This document shows, piece after piece, positions 1 through 12,250 of a stretch of 64,000 nt of DNA. The stretch spans positions 64,001 to 128,000 of the forward strand of contig OY969564.1 of NCBI GenBank assembly GCA_963701095.1, written 5' to 3'. Below the pieces are notes generated by a model that saw only the letters and a list, made by a program, of their open reading frames with translations, was not told the origin of the DNA and did no database searches. Origin of the DNA: an uncultured Methanoregulaceae archaeon (lineage in GTDB: Archaea; Halobacteriota; Methanomicrobia; Methanomicrobiales; Methanospirillaceae). A program made the translations under genes and the position numbers. Within the stretch, counting starts at the first letter, position 1; each line of letters opens with the position of its first letter.

Positions 1-1
1 C

Positions 2-889
2 GGTTTTGCGCTTGCAAACACCGTTGCTGCGTTAAAATCTGGTGCAGGTTGTGCCCACTCAACAGTGAACGGTCTTGGCGAACGTGCCGGCAATACACCC
101 TTCGAGGAACTCGTGCTCTCTCTTGAGGTACTCTACGGATACCAGACCGGGATAAAAAAAGAAGAGATATATGCCCTTTCCACGCTGGTATCCCGGCTAA
201 CCGGTGTCCCGCTACCGGTGAATAAAGCCGTTGTGGGTGAGATGGCGTTTACCCACGAAAGCGGTATCCACGCGCACGGCGTGATCCGGGAACCGGCTAC
301 CTATGAGTCAATACGGCCGGAACAGGTGGGAAGGCGGCGCCGGATCGTTCTTGGGAAACATTCTGGTTCGGCCTCGGTTGAAGCTGCACTGCACGAGATG
401 AAGTACGCGCCAAACGATCAGCAGCTTAGAGCCATTGTTTCCCGGATAAAAGATTTGGGCGATTCGGGAAAACGTGTCAGCGATGCCGATCTCATGGCGG
501 TTGCCGATTCAGTCCTTGCCATGGAATGCAGGCCCACCATCAAGCTGCGGCAGTTTACTGTCGTTTCCGGGAGTAACATGATACCCACGGCATCGGTCAC
601 GCTCGAAGTAAAAGGAAAAGAGATGACCGGTGCTGCAACAGGAGACGGGCCCGTCGATGCTGCGATGCAGGTACTGGCGCAATCGGTCGCCGATGTAGGG
701 AACATACGACTCGAAGAATATCATGTTGACGCGATCAGCGGTGGAACGGATGCATTGGTTGAAGTGACTGTAATGTTAAGTAAAGACGGGAAGATAATTA
801 CTTCACGGGGCGCGCGCACGGATATAATCATGGCGAGCGTTGAGGCGATGATCGCCGGAATGAATAGACTACTTGAGGAACGAACATGA
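2..889 (+). CDS. cimA: (R)-citramalate synthase / 2-isopropylmalate synthase family, 5'-truncated by window edge
   Basis: Frame open from base 2 ([10 protein letters not shown]...NGLGERAGN); AFTHESGIH motif; C-terminal regulatory domain with GDGPVDA; upstream of ilvB. cimA versus leuA is not certain. Confidence 0.75.
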   Translation, partial: GFALANTVAALKSGAGCAHSTVNGLGERAGNTPFEELVLSLEVLYGYQTGIKKEEIYALSTLVSRLTGVPLPVNKAVVGEMAFTHESGIHAHGVIREPATYESIRPEQVGRRRRIVLGKHSGSASVEAALHEMKYAPNDQQLRAIVSRIKDLGDSGKRVSDADLMAVADSVLAMECRPTIKLRQFTVVSGSNMIPTASVTLEVKGKEMTGAATGDGPVDAAMQVLAQSVADVGNIRLEEYHVDAISGGTDALVEVTVMLSKDGKIITSRGARTDIIMASVEAMIAGMNRLLEERT

Positions 890-2564
890 AAACCGGGGCA
901 AAACTCCTTGTTGAATCACTGCAGCGTGAGGGTACCGATACATTGTTTGGTTACCCTGGCGGTTCAGTGTTGCCGATCTATGATGAACTCTACGATTCAC
1001 CATTGCGGCATATCCTGGTACGGCACGAACAGGCAGCAGCGCATGCCGCAGACGGCTATGCACGCGCGAGCGGCCGGGTAGGTGTATGTCTTGCCACCTC
1101 GGGTCCTGGAGCCTGTAACCTTGTCACCGGGATAGCAACTGCGTATATGGACTCGGTCCCTGTTGTGGCCATTACCGGCCAAGTGCCCACAACGATGCTC
1201 GGAAACGATGCGTTCCAGGAATCGGATATCCAGGGCATCACGATGCCTATCACCAAACATAATTACCTGGTAAAGGACACTTCGGATATTCCCCGCGTGG
1301 TAAAAGAGGCATTTTATATCGCCGGTACCGGTCGTCCGGGTCCGGTACTTATCGATCTGCCAAAGGATGTCAATACCCGGTCGGTCAAGGAACCGGTCGT
1401 CCCGGATAAAGTGATTCTCCGTGGCTACAACCCGACCTATAAAGGACATAAACGCCAGATCGATAAAGCGATTGAACTTATCATGGCAGCGGAACGCCCG
1501 CTCATTTACGCCGGTGGCGGTGTTATTATTTCCAACGCATCCCCGCAGTTAATAGCATTTGTGTCCGGCCACGGTATTCCGGTCACGACCACCCTGATGG
1601 GTATCGGCTGTATCCCCGGCGATCACCCGCTCAACCTTGGCATGCTGGGTATGCATGGCACAGAATATGCAAATTTCGCGGTCACCGAATGCGATCTTCT
1701 CATTGCGATCGGTGCGCGATTCGATGACCGTGTTACCGGAAAGATTGAAACTTTCGCACCTCATGCAAAAGTGATCCATATCGATATCGACCCTGCAGAA
1801 ATAGGAAAGAACAAACATGTGGATGTACCGATTGTGGGCGACATTAAAGCAGTGCTTACAGATATGATGGCCGGTCTTGCAAAAAAGAATGCCTGTGAGG
1901 CCTGGCAGAAAAAGATAAAGCACTGGCGACAGCACCATCCTCTCCGGTTTGGTAAAGAGAACGGGTGCCTGCACCCCCAATTCATTCTCCAGCAGATGAA
2001 TGAATTGTTACAAGGGGATGCAGTCATTGTCTCTGAGGTTGGCCAGAACCAGATGTGGACCGCCCAGTACTTCTGTTTCCGTTATCCCCGCACCTGGATC
2101 ACCTCTGGCGGGCTTGGCACGATGGGTTATGGATTTCCTGCGGCGATAGGGGCGCACTTTGCCAGGCCCGATCTCCCGGTCTTTGATGTTGCCGGCGACG
2201 GTAGTATCCAGATGAATATCCAGGAAATGGGGACTGTGGCCCAGTATAAGATCCCGGTAAAGATTGCCATTCTTAATAATATGTACCTGGGCATGGTGCG
2301 CCAGTGGCAGGAGCTTTCTACGACCGGCGCTATTCCTATACCGAGCTTCCGCCGGTGGAGTTCACAAAGATTGCACAGGCATATGGTATTGAAGGGATAA
2401 AAGTGGAGTCCTGCGACGAGGTCATGCCGGCATTACAGGCAGCAGTTGATAATGACGGGCCGTTTGTCCTGGACTTCAGGATTGAACGGGAGGAAAATGT
2501 GTTTCCCATGGTACCGGCCGGTGCAGCCATTAACGAGATGATCGGGGGGCATCCGCGATCATGA
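886..2564 (+). CDS. ilvB: Acetolactate synthase large subunit (apparent 1-bp frameshift near 2315)
   Basis: FGYPGG, RHEQ, TSGPG, GDGS and [10 protein letters not shown] motifs. The C-terminus (FYDRRYS...VFPMVPAG) continues in ORF 2304..2564. Confidence 0.95.
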
Positions 2565-3064
2565 AAGCACATACATTGTCCGTACTTGTGGAAAATAAGG
2601 CCGGGGTACTATCCCGGGTTACCGGTCTCTTCTCCCGGCGCGGTTTTAACATCGAGAGCCTTGCTGTGGGAACCTGCGAGGAACCGGACATGAGCCGGAT
2701 CACGATCGTGGTGATCGGTGATGATGCCCAGGTTGAGCAGGTAATGAAACAACTCAACAAGCTTATCGATGTGATTAAGGTCTCGGATCTTACCGACGGC
2801 GAACGGGTTGAGCGAGAGCTTGCGCTTTTCAAGGTGTCAGCCGAACAAGGCTCAACCCGTGCCGAGATTATGCAGATTGCAACCATCTTCCGGGCCCAGA
2901 TAGTAGATGTGGGTGCAAGGTCGGTAATCCTCCAGATAGCTGGTGATACCGGAAAGATCGAAGCAATGGAGAAACTTCTGCGCCAGTTTGGGATCAAGGA
3001 GCTGATTCGGACAGGTAAGATAGGGATTTTGCGCGGCACAAAGACAGTTACTAGCAGCAAATAA
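2561..3064 (+). CDS. ilvN: Acetolactate synthase small (regulatory) subunit
   Basis: LSVLVENKAGVLSRVTGLFSRRGFNIESL ACT domain; overlaps the ilvB stop. Confidence 0.95.
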   Translation: MKAHTLSVLVENKAGVLSRVTGLFSRRGFNIESLAVGTCEEPDMSRITIVVIGDDAQVEQVMKQLNKLIDVIKVSDLTDGERVERELALFKVSAEQGSTRAEIMQIATIFRAQIVDVGARSVILQIAGDTGKIEAMEKLLRQFGIKELIRTGKIGILRGTKTVTSSK

Positions 3065-3094
3065 TTTTTCTTTTTCTTATTAAAAATAAAAAAA

Positions 3095-4678
3095 TTAGAA
3101 GATCAGCATCAGGCACAACATAATGCCGGTGATAATAGTCAGCACAATTGCAAAAGGTGCAACTTTGCGGACAACCTCTCCTTCAATACCGATCTTATCA
3201 ACTACTGCAGCCGCATTAATGATCTTTGCTACCGCAATACCGGATGCAATACCCCCAGCAACCATATGGGCTGCGTAGACCTGTATGAAGTTAAGGTTAA
3301 GCATCTCGGTTGATTTTTTGAGGATACCGTAGAACATGACGTTTGACGAGGTTTCACTGCCCGATACAAACGATCCGAACAGACCCAGCGACGGGCTGAT
3401 CAGCGGGAATGCAATGCCAAATGCAAGAGCAAGAACCGTACCGATAACAATGTTCATGTTGAAACCGGAAGCTCCTGGTGCAAAGGTGAGTGCACCGTTG
3501 ATTACCGACTTTCCTGACCAGTCCATGACATAGGCGATGGCAAAAAAGACTATCGCGGCAAGCACCGGACTCCATGAGCGTTTCAGCCAAACGGTAGTGA
3601 TCTTTTTGAGTTCGTCTTTTGACCGGATCAAAAACGGTGCAGTAATAATGGTACTTACCAGAACCCAGAAGTAAGCCTGGGTCAGGAGTTTGAGGTTGAC
3701 GATCTGGTCAGCCATGACGTGAAGCTTCTGCAAATTACCAAGGGACGCAAGAAGTGCCCCCTGGATTACGGGAATGCTGATGATGATACAGAAGATCACG
3801 AGCGCAAGCCAGGGGAGTGATGCCTTCCAGAGCGGCATCTTATTCTTACGTTCCTCCCTGGCTTTTGCTATTTCAGCTGGTTCGGAAACATCAAGCGGCC
3901 TGCCTCTGATCTTCCTCATCAGGAAGAGAACTGCAACGGTAACAATGCCAGAGAAGACACCAACGAGACCTATTGCCGCTGCGGGAAGGACATGGACAAA
4001 CAAAATCGCACAAAGCCCGAGCGTCAGGCCTGCGACGAGTGCCGTGAGGAATCCTTTTCTTACACCGGCGATACCATCGGCGACCCAAAGCATGGCAAGT
4101 GCAATACCCGTCGAAATCACCGGCAGGAACCACGCCACCGTGATCCCGAGGGTTTTTACATCTAAGCCGAATGCAGCTGCCGGCAGTGTTATGGGAACAG
4201 CTAAGAGCGAGAACGATGTAAGCGGGTCATATCCCATACAGGGAAGGGCTACTGCTGCAAGCGGCGAGAAACCGAGCGCCAGCATAATAGGCGGGAGCAT
4301 GGTTACCGGTGTTGCACCAATAGAGACTAAAAACGTCCCGAACCCGACGTTCAGGATCATAATTTGCTCGTACCGTTCTGCGGCAATCGTTTTGATGTAA
4401 GCTGTTATACTTGCGATCGCGCCCGTGATGTCCATCATCGTGACCTGCAGGATGGTAAAGAGTACCATCAGGGAGATCCCAAATGATGAGAGTACGCCGT
4501 ACCAAGATGCAGCAAGTGCTACAGAAATATCGGTCTGGAAAAAGAAGACCGCGATGATCACCGTCAGAATCCATCCAAGGACGCCCATGAGCGTCCCGGA
4601 CTGTCTGAAGAAGACAAGTCCGATAAAGACCATGAGAATGGGCAGTATGGCCAGAATAAACTGAATAACAAGATCCAC
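3095..4678 (-). CDS. L-lactate permease family transporter
   Basis: Polytopic membrane protein with GSFVSGSETSSNVMF motif typical of the LctP family. Confidence 0.8.
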   Translation of the reverse strand: MDLVIQFILAILPILMVFIGLVFFRQSGTLMGVLGWILTVIIAVFFFQTDISVALAASWYGVLSSFGISLMVLFTILQVTMMDITGAIASITAYIKTIAAERYEQIMILNVGFGTFLVSIGATPVTMLPPIMLALGFSPLAAVALPCMGYDPLTSFSLLAVPITLPAAAFGLDVKTLGITVAWFLPVISTGIALAMLWVADGIAGVRKGFLTALVAGLTLGLCAILFVHVLPAAAIGLVGVFSGIVTVAVLFLMRKIRGRPLDVSEPAEIAKAREERKNKMPLWKASLPWLALVIFCIIISIPVIQGALLASLGNLQKLHVMADQIVNLKLLTQAYFWVLVSTIITAPFLIRSKDELKKITTVWLKRSWSPVLAAIVFFAIAYVMDWSGKSVINGALTFAPGASGFNMNIVIGTVLALAFGIAFPLISPSLGLFGSFVSGSETSSNVMFYGILKKSTEMLNLNFIQVYAAHMVAGGIASGIAVAKIINAAAVVDKIGIEGEVVRKVAPFAIVLTIITGIMLCLMLIF

Positions 4679-4810
4679 TTTGATCTACCCTCCGGGGTGT
4701 AAACTATTGGTCTGCTATGCCATAGCATAACATTATCGTTTTTGATCCGGCAGCATAGTGATCACGGTCAGGGTGAAATGCTATAGGTACCGCCAGCCTA
4801 TAATTGGGCA

Positions 4811-6123
4811 GTGAAAACAGCAATTCTCGGGGGCGGTTTATCCGGCCTTACTCTGGCCCGGCTCCTTTACGAAAAAGACACCGATCTCGTGATCGTCGAA
4901 GCCGAACCTGAATATGGCGGACTCTGCCGGTCATGTGTCTCGAATGGCTTCACCTTCGATACCGGTGGGTCCCATATCATCTTTTCACGGGATACCGAAG
5001 TCCTTGGCTTTATGCGGCAGATGATCCGGGGAAACGAACAGAAAAATATCCGGAACACGAAGATTTTTTATAAAGGCCGGTATGTCAAGTATCCATTCGA
5101 GAACGGCCTTGGCGATCTGTCGGCAGAGGACCGTTTCTTCTGTATCAGTGAATTTATCAAGACGCTTGTCGCCGTCGAAAAAGGGGAACTTGAGCCACCC
5201 CGGACATTCAGGGACTGGATCTATTATACGTTCGGTAAAGGTATTGCCGAATGCTACATGGTGCCGTACAACGAGAAGATCTGGAAGTACCCGACCGATC
5301 ACATGTCGCTTCACTGGGTGGACGGCCGGATCCCGCGGCCACCGGTCGACGACGTGATTAAATCTGCAATTGGTATAGCCACCGAGGGGTATACCCACCA
5401 GTCAGTCTTCTCATATCCGCTTGACGGAGGAATCGAGGCGCTGATAAAAGCAATTGCGCGACCGGTCGAGCCGTTTATAAAAACAGCATTCCGGATCCGT
5501 TCGCTCAGGAAAGAGGGTACGCGGTGGCTTATCAGCGATGGCAGGGAAACTATCGAGGCGGACCGTGTCATTTCAACGATCCCTGTCCAGCACCTCATTG
5601 CAGCTCTTCGGGATGTACCCCGGAAGTAAAGACAGCCTGCGATGATCTCACGTATAACTCACTCATCTGTGTTAATATCGGTCTCCGCGGTGATGTCCCG
5701 GATTACTCCTGGCTTTACATTCCCGACCACGAGCTTGGTTTGACCAACCGAATCTCGTTTCCGTCACAGTACAGCAGGCACGTGGCTCCTGAAGGATGCA
5801 GTTCGGTCCTCGCGGAAATTACCTACCGGCCTAGCGATCCCGTCGCCCGGATGAGCGACCAGAACATCATTGCTGAGGTTACCGGAATGCTCGAAACAAT
5901 GGCTATTCTTATTCCGGATAATGTTGTTTTCTCCTCGGTAATGCGCCAACCATTCGCTTATGTCGTTTATGACAAAAAGTATCAGGAAAATATAGCCATT
6001 GTCCGGGAATACTGCACAGGGATCGGGATCCCTCTCGTGGGCCGGTTTGCCCAATTCGAGTATCTTAATATGGACGGGTGCATCCGGAGTGTACTGGATT
6101 TTGTGGAATCCTATCCGGTATAG
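4811..6123 (+). CDS. FAD-dependent oxidoreductase (protoporphyrinogen/amine oxidase-like), frameshift near 5620
   Basis: GGGLSGL dinucleotide fold, GGLCRS, FDTGGSH; C-terminal GRFAQFEYLNMD lies in ORF 5524..6123. Confidence 0.85.
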
Positions 6124-6196
6124 GTGGTTATCGGTTCCCGTACATCAGGCTTATCATCCGCCAGCCTAAAAAATGTACAGGAGTTTATTACGCTGT

Positions 6197-6895
6197 ATGA
6201 TATCGGTCATTGTCCCCTCCTTTAATGAAGAGGAGAACATAGCCCAGTGCCTGGTCTCGCTCTCTCACCAGACGGTGAATAAAAACGAGTACGAGATCAT
6301 CGTTGTCGATGGCGGGTCTACCGACAAGACCTGCGAGATTGCCCGGAAGTATGCCGACAAGGTCTTTATCCAGAAGAGTAAGAAAGTCGGCGGTGCCAGA
6401 AACGATGGGGTGATGGCTGCAAAAGGCGACATCATTGCCTCAACCGATGCCGACTGTATCCTCCCCCCGGATTGGATCGAGCGTATCAAGAATGATTTTA
6501 CCGATCCGGCTGTCGTTCAGGTCTATGGTACGGTGTATCCTATTCAGGACAGCGTGGGTAACCACTTCTCCCTCCTGCTTGCAAATACCTTCTCCCGGAC
6601 CGGGTATTACAGCCGCACCTTCTATTACACTCTTGGCTGTAACACGGCGTTTCGTAAAGACGCATTCATAAAAGCAGGTATGTACCGGTGCATTGATGCC
6701 GGGGACGATCTCGAGATTGCCATGCGCCTGAAAGATATGGGGAAGATCAAATTCGACGGTAAGTTGAAAGTCGGGTTCTCGATGCGCCGGTACCAGCAGT
6801 ACGGTACATTCAAATCTGTTTACGAGTGGCTTTACATTGTGGCCCATGGCGGAGAGACCCAGAAGTATGCCTACACCCAGAAAAAATACAAATGA
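6197..6895 (+). CDS. Glycosyltransferase family 2
   Basis: SVIVPSFNEE, VVDGGSTD, ARNDG and DAD motifs. Confidence 0.9.
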   Translation: MISVIVPSFNEEENIAQCLVSLSHQTVNKNEYEIIVVDGGSTDKTCEIARKYADKVFIQKSKKVGGARNDGVMAAKGDIIASTDADCILPPDWIERIKNDFTDPAVVQVYGTVYPIQDSVGNHFSLLLANTFSRTGYYSRTFYYTLGCNTAFRKDAFIKAGMYRCIDAGDDLEIAMRLKDMGKIKFDGKLKVGFSMRRYQQYGTFKSVYEWLYIVAHGGETQKYAYTQKKYK

Positions 6896-7107
6896 TTTTT
6901 ACTTATATTGGATAATCCGCGAGTGATTTCCAGAAAATCGACAGAAATTTTTTTTGCTGATTCTCTCAGAAGAGAAGATTTTCGGTTTTTTTAATACCCC
7001 GATCAGTTTCAGAAAAGCGGGGGGAGAGGGATTTCCCCGGTATTCTCGCGTTCACGGGATTCGCTGTAGAGATCCCGTTTATGGTTCCTGTTGAATTGGA
7101 GGTTTAC

Positions 7108-7250
7108 CTAAGATAATGCGGCAACCATCTGTGGTGCGGGGGTACTAGTGGCCACACCTTTGGTAAACGACAGAACAACGTTGTAGTTCCCCGGTGTCGT
7201 GTAGGTGCATGTGGAGTTCTGGACAAACCCCGAAGCGGTTGGTAACTTCC
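7108..7250 (-). pseudogene. PKD-domain remnant
   Basis: Translation contains QNSTCTYTTPGNYNVVLSF, resembling the PKD signature; no full gene present. Confidence 0.4.
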
Positions 7251-7255
7251 AGATG

Positions 7256-8770
7256 TCAGGGATTATGCCGGAACTTACCGGGTGGAACCAGCATCTCAAA
7301 ACGGGCACCTTCCCCGAAAACGCCCGTTTCAGTTATGGTTATATCGGTAATTGCCAGGATCTCTCGTACCAATAAAAGCCCTACACCCTGGCGGGGGTCT
7401 GCATGGTGTTCAAAGATTTTTAATTTTTGCGATGGATGGATCCCTACCCCGTTATCGGCATAGGTCAGGACAAGGCCATCAGGCCGTTCCTGACTGCTGA
7501 ACCTGATCTCGGTAACCGTTTCACCATTTTTAAGCGAGTTCTCGATAAAATAATTAAATAGGTTCTCAAGGAGCGGATCTGCAAAGATATCATAGTCTTT
7601 GAATTCCAGCACAACCGGGATCCCCTGAGTGTCGATACTGGAAATGATCTGTTTCAGATTCTTCCAAACGGGCAGGGTCATCCCTACCTTCTCGTACTCC
7701 TGGGTAAAATCAATCTGTTTTTTGATAGAATAGATCAGATCTTTAATTTCTTTGCTGATAGCATGACGTTCATTTTTGGAAGATATTTCTGAAATCATCT
7801 CAGCGCAGCCGATAAGGCCGGCCATCTTATTCCGGATGATATGCCTGGATACGTCATTCATTATGACAAGTTTGCGTTTGGCGAGGATCTCTGCTGCTTC
7901 CGTCTTCTTTTTCTCGGTCATGTCGATAACGATTCCCCGGAAGCCTTTGATCTTATCATCCCGGACAATCGGGATAGTATATGCGGTAATCGGGACGATG
8001 ACCCCATCTTTGCGGACAGCGCGATATTCAGCAGGTCCCCCAGTACGGGCATGGTCGGCAGAAATTTCTTGAAATTCACGGAGCAAGCGGGGTAGGTCTT
8101 CGGGGTAAATGTGGTTTCTGATAATGTATCCTTTTTGGATATCCTCGTCAGTAAGCTGGGTCATCTGCTTGCCCATCCGGTTTATATATGTATATTTCCC
8201 CGTAACATCGGCTTCAAATACCATCTGAGGCAGCATTTCCGTCAGATCATGAAAGCGGATCTCGCTTTCCCGGATGATTTCCTCATCTTTTTTGAGCTTA
8301 TCGTATTGCTGGCGAAGTTCCTCTTCCGCAGCAGCTAACTGTTCGTAGGAAGCCTGTAATTCATAGTTTTTTTCCCTCAGTTCGTCCACGGCTTTGTGGC
8401 GTTGTACTGCCTGGTGGATCTTATGGGCAAGTTCAGCAAACTGGGGCTTTGCCTGTCCACCTTTCTGAAGGTAAAAATCAGCACCGGAATTGATGGCCTC
8501 GATAACAACATCTTCCCGGCCTTTTCCGGTAAAAAGGATGAACGGGATGGAGTTCCCTGATGATCTTACGGTTTTTAATAAGGTGATACCGTCCATCGCC
8601 GGCATCTCATAATCTGATATAATGGCATCGTAATGTGTGACATTTAGCAGGGTTGGAACGTCCGGAGAATAAGAAGTAATATCAACGCGAAATTGATCGG
8701 TTTTCTCTAGGAAAGTTTTGCCTATCTCAAGGAGGTCCGGTTGGTCATCGACGTAGAGAATACGATACAT
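7256..8770 (-). CDS. Hybrid sensor: receiver + PAS + HATPase
   Basis: ILYVDD/SDYEMP receiver, PAS/PAC, DNGVGI and GVGL ATPase boxes. Confidence 0.9.
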   Translation of the reverse strand: MYRILYVDDQPDLLEIGKTFLEKTDQFRVDITSYSPDVPTLLNVTHYDAIISDYEMPAMDGITLLKTVRSSGNSIPFILFTGKGREDVVIEAINSGADFYLQKGGQAKPQFAELAHKIHQAVQRHKAVDELREKNYELQASYEQLAAAEEELRQQYDKLKKDEEIIRESEIRFHDLTEMLPQMVFEADVTGKYTYINRMGKQMTQLTDEDIQKGYIIRNHIYPEDLPRLLREFQEISADHARTGGPAEYRAVRKDGVIVPITAYTIPIVRDDKIKGFRGIVIDMTEKKKTEAAEILAKRKLVIMNDVSRHIIRNKMAGLIGCAEMISEISSKNERHAISKEIKDLIYSIKKQIDFTQEYEKVGMTLPVWKNLKQIISSIDTQGIPVVLEFKDYDIFADPLLENLFNYFIENSLKNGETVTEIRFSSQERPDGLVLTYADNGVGIHPSQKLKIFEHHADPRQGVGLLLVREILAITDITITETGVFGEGARFEMLVPPGKFRHNP

Positions 8771-9300
8771 GAAAACAATATTCTAATCACTATATTAGGT
8801 ATCGTCGTTATTATACCTTATTTTATTACATTTTAATATACAACTTTATTTTTCGTAGATTCATATCGTTTATTTTTATCCACAACGAAGTATCCGTCAT
8901 AAAAACCGGAACTTGTAAAATACGGGAGATCCTGTTCTATGAAATCTCATTCAACGAGTCCAATCTCTAAGGATCATAACGATGCAACTTTGTCCAAATT
9001 GTAATGCGGAAGTCGATGAATGCTTCCGTGGGCTCTGTCAAGTCTTCGGCAGATTGCATTTTATCTTTGGGTTGAAATAATTCAGAACTGCCGACAACTT
9101 GATAATACTCAAATTAGGCTCCAATATATACTGCGCCGTTTCCGAATCAAGTTTCAATCACACCTTTTTTAGGAATGTGGTTGTGATCCCTCGTTAAACT
9201 GCCAAACATTTCCTTCAGAATTTAAAAAAAACTTCTTTCTATTAATTTGTTATAATTAATTTTTCAGTGCATGAAAAAAAATCTCAATCCTCGGCAGAGC

Positions 9301-9639
9301 CTATTTTTTTGAATGGGTATACAGGGTTGCACCTGCTCCGATCCCCGCCGATGCAAGTCCAATCCCTGCTGCAATAACAGAAGGATCGGAGAATGATGAA
9401 GGAGCAACAGTAGTCTGCGTTGCAACAGGTACCACAGGGGTTGCCATTGTCTGAATGGGTGTGACGCTCTCTTTTTGAATATGATTTTCCACCGGCGCCG
9501 AAGAGCCATGGTTTGACGGATTTCCGATTTGTCCCGGACCTCCGGCGGACGCTATCGCAATCATCAACGCCATAAACGAGAGCACGGAAATCAGTATTAT
9601 CTGCCGTGCTGACCATTTTTTTGCCATAGGGAGACTCAA
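9301..9639 (-). CDS. Small secreted/membrane hypothetical protein
   Basis: Signal-like N-terminus, Thr/Pro linker, C-terminal TM helix with basic tail. Confidence 0.6.
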   Translation of the reverse strand: MSLPMAKKWSARQIILISVLSFMALMIAIASAGGPGQIGNPSNHGSSAPVENHIQKESVTPIQTMATPVVPVATQTTVAPSSFSDPSVIAAGIGLASAGIGAGATLYTHSKK

Positions 9640-10124
9640 ACCTCCCGGTTCAATATAATGTATCCACAGTCGAGATTTTCCGGCAATTTCTTTTTTCGGT
9701 CCTGGATAGTGACTTTGATAACTTCTGCTTTCTTCTTCTCATATCTGGCATTCTTCGCCGCGTGTCGAACTCTCTTTTTCATGTCAGAAAAAATCTCTCT
9801 CCAGAATATTTATTCCCGTAATACTACTTTCAAAAAATGAAACTTCCCGTCTGTAAAATCCGGTTTATTTTATCCAAACAGAGAGAGAAAATAAAAAATC
9901 CCCGATGCGATTCGACAATACCAATTCCGCTAAGAATCGTGAACCCCGGATCCAGCACATCAGCGAGACTGTGTATAAGCTGCCGCAGCTATGGGATCAC
10001 CACCGTTGCAGCCGATACCAACGTTGACCATCATGTTCGGGGGTGCTCGTACTGTTACCAGGAACAAGGTTTCGTGACACATAGGTATAGTTCAAGTGTA
10101 TTCAGGAAAAATAAAATTAAGCGC

Positions 10125-10534
10125 ATGAATTCATCAGAAAAACAATCGCCGGGTTTCAAACGCGATCCCGTAACCCTGTTTGAAGAAAACGAGTTTGGAC
10201 GGTTGCTCGGTATTCATATAACTGAAGCCCGCGACGGGTATGCACGTGTCGAGATGGACTGCACCGGCAAATGTAACCCCCACGGTATCGCTCACGGTGG
10301 AGCCGTTTTTTCGCTTGCCGACCATGCCTTTGGTATTGCTTCCAATTATGGCAAGGATCATTATACCGCAGTTTCCGTGCATATCCAGTATATCGCTCCC
10401 GCCCGGGTCTTCTTGTTGCAGTAGCAGAACGTATTGCGTCGAACGAGACCTGCGGGACCTATCGTGTCATCGTGTACGAAGGTGAACGGACGATAGCGGT
10501 GTTCGATGGTATCGCATTCCGGGTCTCTTCTTAA
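10125..10534 (+). CDS. PaaI family thioesterase (frameshift near 10405)
   Basis: NPHGIAHGGAVFSLAD hotdog motif; C-terminus resumes in another frame (LLVAVAERI...FDGIAFRVSS). Confidence 0.8.
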
Positions 10535-10623
10535 TTTATCGTTTTTCCGTGAAGAAATGATGAATATGTGTTCGTACTCGTTAAGACGCACTTTTATCTT
10601 TCTGCACTTTCCCATACTGCCAT

Positions 10624-11182
10624 ATGACCGTTGAGAAAACTGCAGTGACCACAGTCGCCGGCTTAATGGCGCTTGCGGCCCGTACCGCTCCGAAAGCAAA
10701 AGGACAGGACGAGATCCTGATCACTCTCCTCACAAGCACCCAGCAGAAAAAACTCTCCTTGGCTATGACCAAGTACGGCACAAAAAACGAGCTGGTTTTT
10801 TCCTGCGGGATGCAAAAAATATCCTTGCGAGCGATGCTGTTCTTGTTATCGGTATCCAGGGAAAAATCGCTGTCGGGATTAATTGCGGAGCATGCGGGTA
10901 TGCCACATGTGCGGCATTTACAAAAGCATCAGGCGCCGTAAAAAAACGCACAACGCCTTTTCCGGCCCTAACTGTGCAGTAAGGATGGCCGATCTGGGCA
11001 TTGCCGTTGGGTCGGCGGCCAAGACCGCCCAGATCCACAACGTGGACAATCGTATTATGTATACGGCCGGTTCAGTTGCTCTGGATCTTGGCTTTCTTGG
11101 AAAAGAGTGTACCGTCGCTTATGCAATTCCTCTTTCAGCTTCGGGAAAGAACATCTTCTTCGATCGTGTTGTCGTAAAATAA
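10624..11182 (+). CDS. DUF2148-like ferredoxin-domain protein (frameshifts near 10800 and 10945)
   Basis: MALAARTAPKAKG, NCGACGYATC, DLGIAVGSA and DNRIMYTAG motifs distributed over three frames. Confidence 0.8.
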
Positions 11183-11275
11183 TCCATGTTAATTTTTTTT
11201 AAGATGAAAACCCCTTTTTTTGAACTTGGTATATTAACAAAATTTTATAAATAAATCCGTCGTGTAAAAATCAGT

Positions 11276-12088
11276 ATGGATTTGTTTCAGCTTATTATTC
11301 TTGGCATCGTCCAGGGAATTACAGAATGGATCCCCATTAGTTCCAAAACACAGGTGACTTTTGTGTACCTGAAAGTTTTCCAGGGAAATCCTTCTCTTGT
11401 GATTCCAATCCTTTTGGCCGTTCACCTTGGAACTGTAGTGGCCGCTACCTTTTATTTCCGGAACGAAATTGCAGGTATTTTATCTGATATCGCTGCGCAT
11501 CCCCGGGATTTCAACCGGCAAGCCAACGGAAAGGTCGGATTTCTGTTCACAGCACTTCTCTTCACCGGCATTATCGGCATCCCCTTGCTTCTTGCAGAAA
11601 AATGGTTCTTCCCAATGCTGAATGGTGGTCTGCTTTACGCCGTTATGGGAGGTGGGCTTATTGTGACCGGTTTTCTTCTCCTATCTCATAAGACCGGGAA
11701 TACCCGTGAAATCAAAGATGTGAGCTGGAAAGATGGCATCCTTACCGGAGCTCTTCAGGGTTTTAGTATTCTTCCCGGGATTTCGCGATCCGGAACCAGC
11801 ACTACCGGACTCATCTGGCAGAGATTTGACAGCGAAAGCAGCTTTTATCTCAGCTTCCTTTTAAGTATCCCGACAGTCATACTCGCCGAAATCATCCTGA
11901 ATTATGGGAGTGTCGGATTAAAGGGATTGCCGGCTTACGACTGTATCGTCCTCTTCCTCGTCAGTTTAGTCGTTGGGTATCTTACTCTCGATGGCTTGTT
12001 GAGAGTGGTAAAACGGGTAAATATTGCGTATCTGGTCCTTTTCCTTGGTGTGCTTATAATTGCTGTGGGTTTATCGGGATTCGGATAA
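11276..12088 (+). CDS. uppP: Undecaprenyl-diphosphate phosphatase
   Basis: GIVQGITEWIPISS and PGISRSG motifs. Confidence 0.9.
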   Translation: MDLFQLIILGIVQGITEWIPISSKTQVTFVYLKVFQGNPSLVIPILLAVHLGTVVAATFYFRNEIAGILSDIAAHPRDFNRQANGKVGFLFTALLFTGIIGIPLLLAEKWFFPMLNGGLLYAVMGGGLIVTGFLLLSHKTGNTREIKDVSWKDGILTGALQGFSILPGISRSGTSTTGLIWQRFDSESSFYLSFLLSIPTVILAEIILNYGSVGLKGLPAYDCIVLFLVSLVVGYLTLDGLLRVVKRVNIAYLVLFLGVLIIAVGLSGFG

Positions 12089-12250
12089 TCCCGGTTTTTG
12101 ATCAGTCCCAGGATAAAACCCCTTTTTAAGAATAGGTTCAAATGATTTTATTCCCGATGTAACTTTTCATTAACGGTTATACGAGGCTATTTATCATTCC
12201 TGAGCAACGTTTGAATGCCAAAAAGTCCTATCACGAATGAGGGAGCCGGA

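Noticed and set aside
886..2564. ilvB and other split genes as true pseudogenes or programmed frameshifts
   Set aside because: Single-base indels in short runs with otherwise intact sequence, across unrelated genes, fit sequencing error better.
8982..9080. 32-aa CPNC-containing ORF
   Set aside because: Too short, second Cys pair incomplete, no supporting RBS.
9655..9782. Basic minus-strand micro-ORF (MKKRVRHAAK...)
   Set aside because: No recognisable family; may be chance in an A-rich tract.
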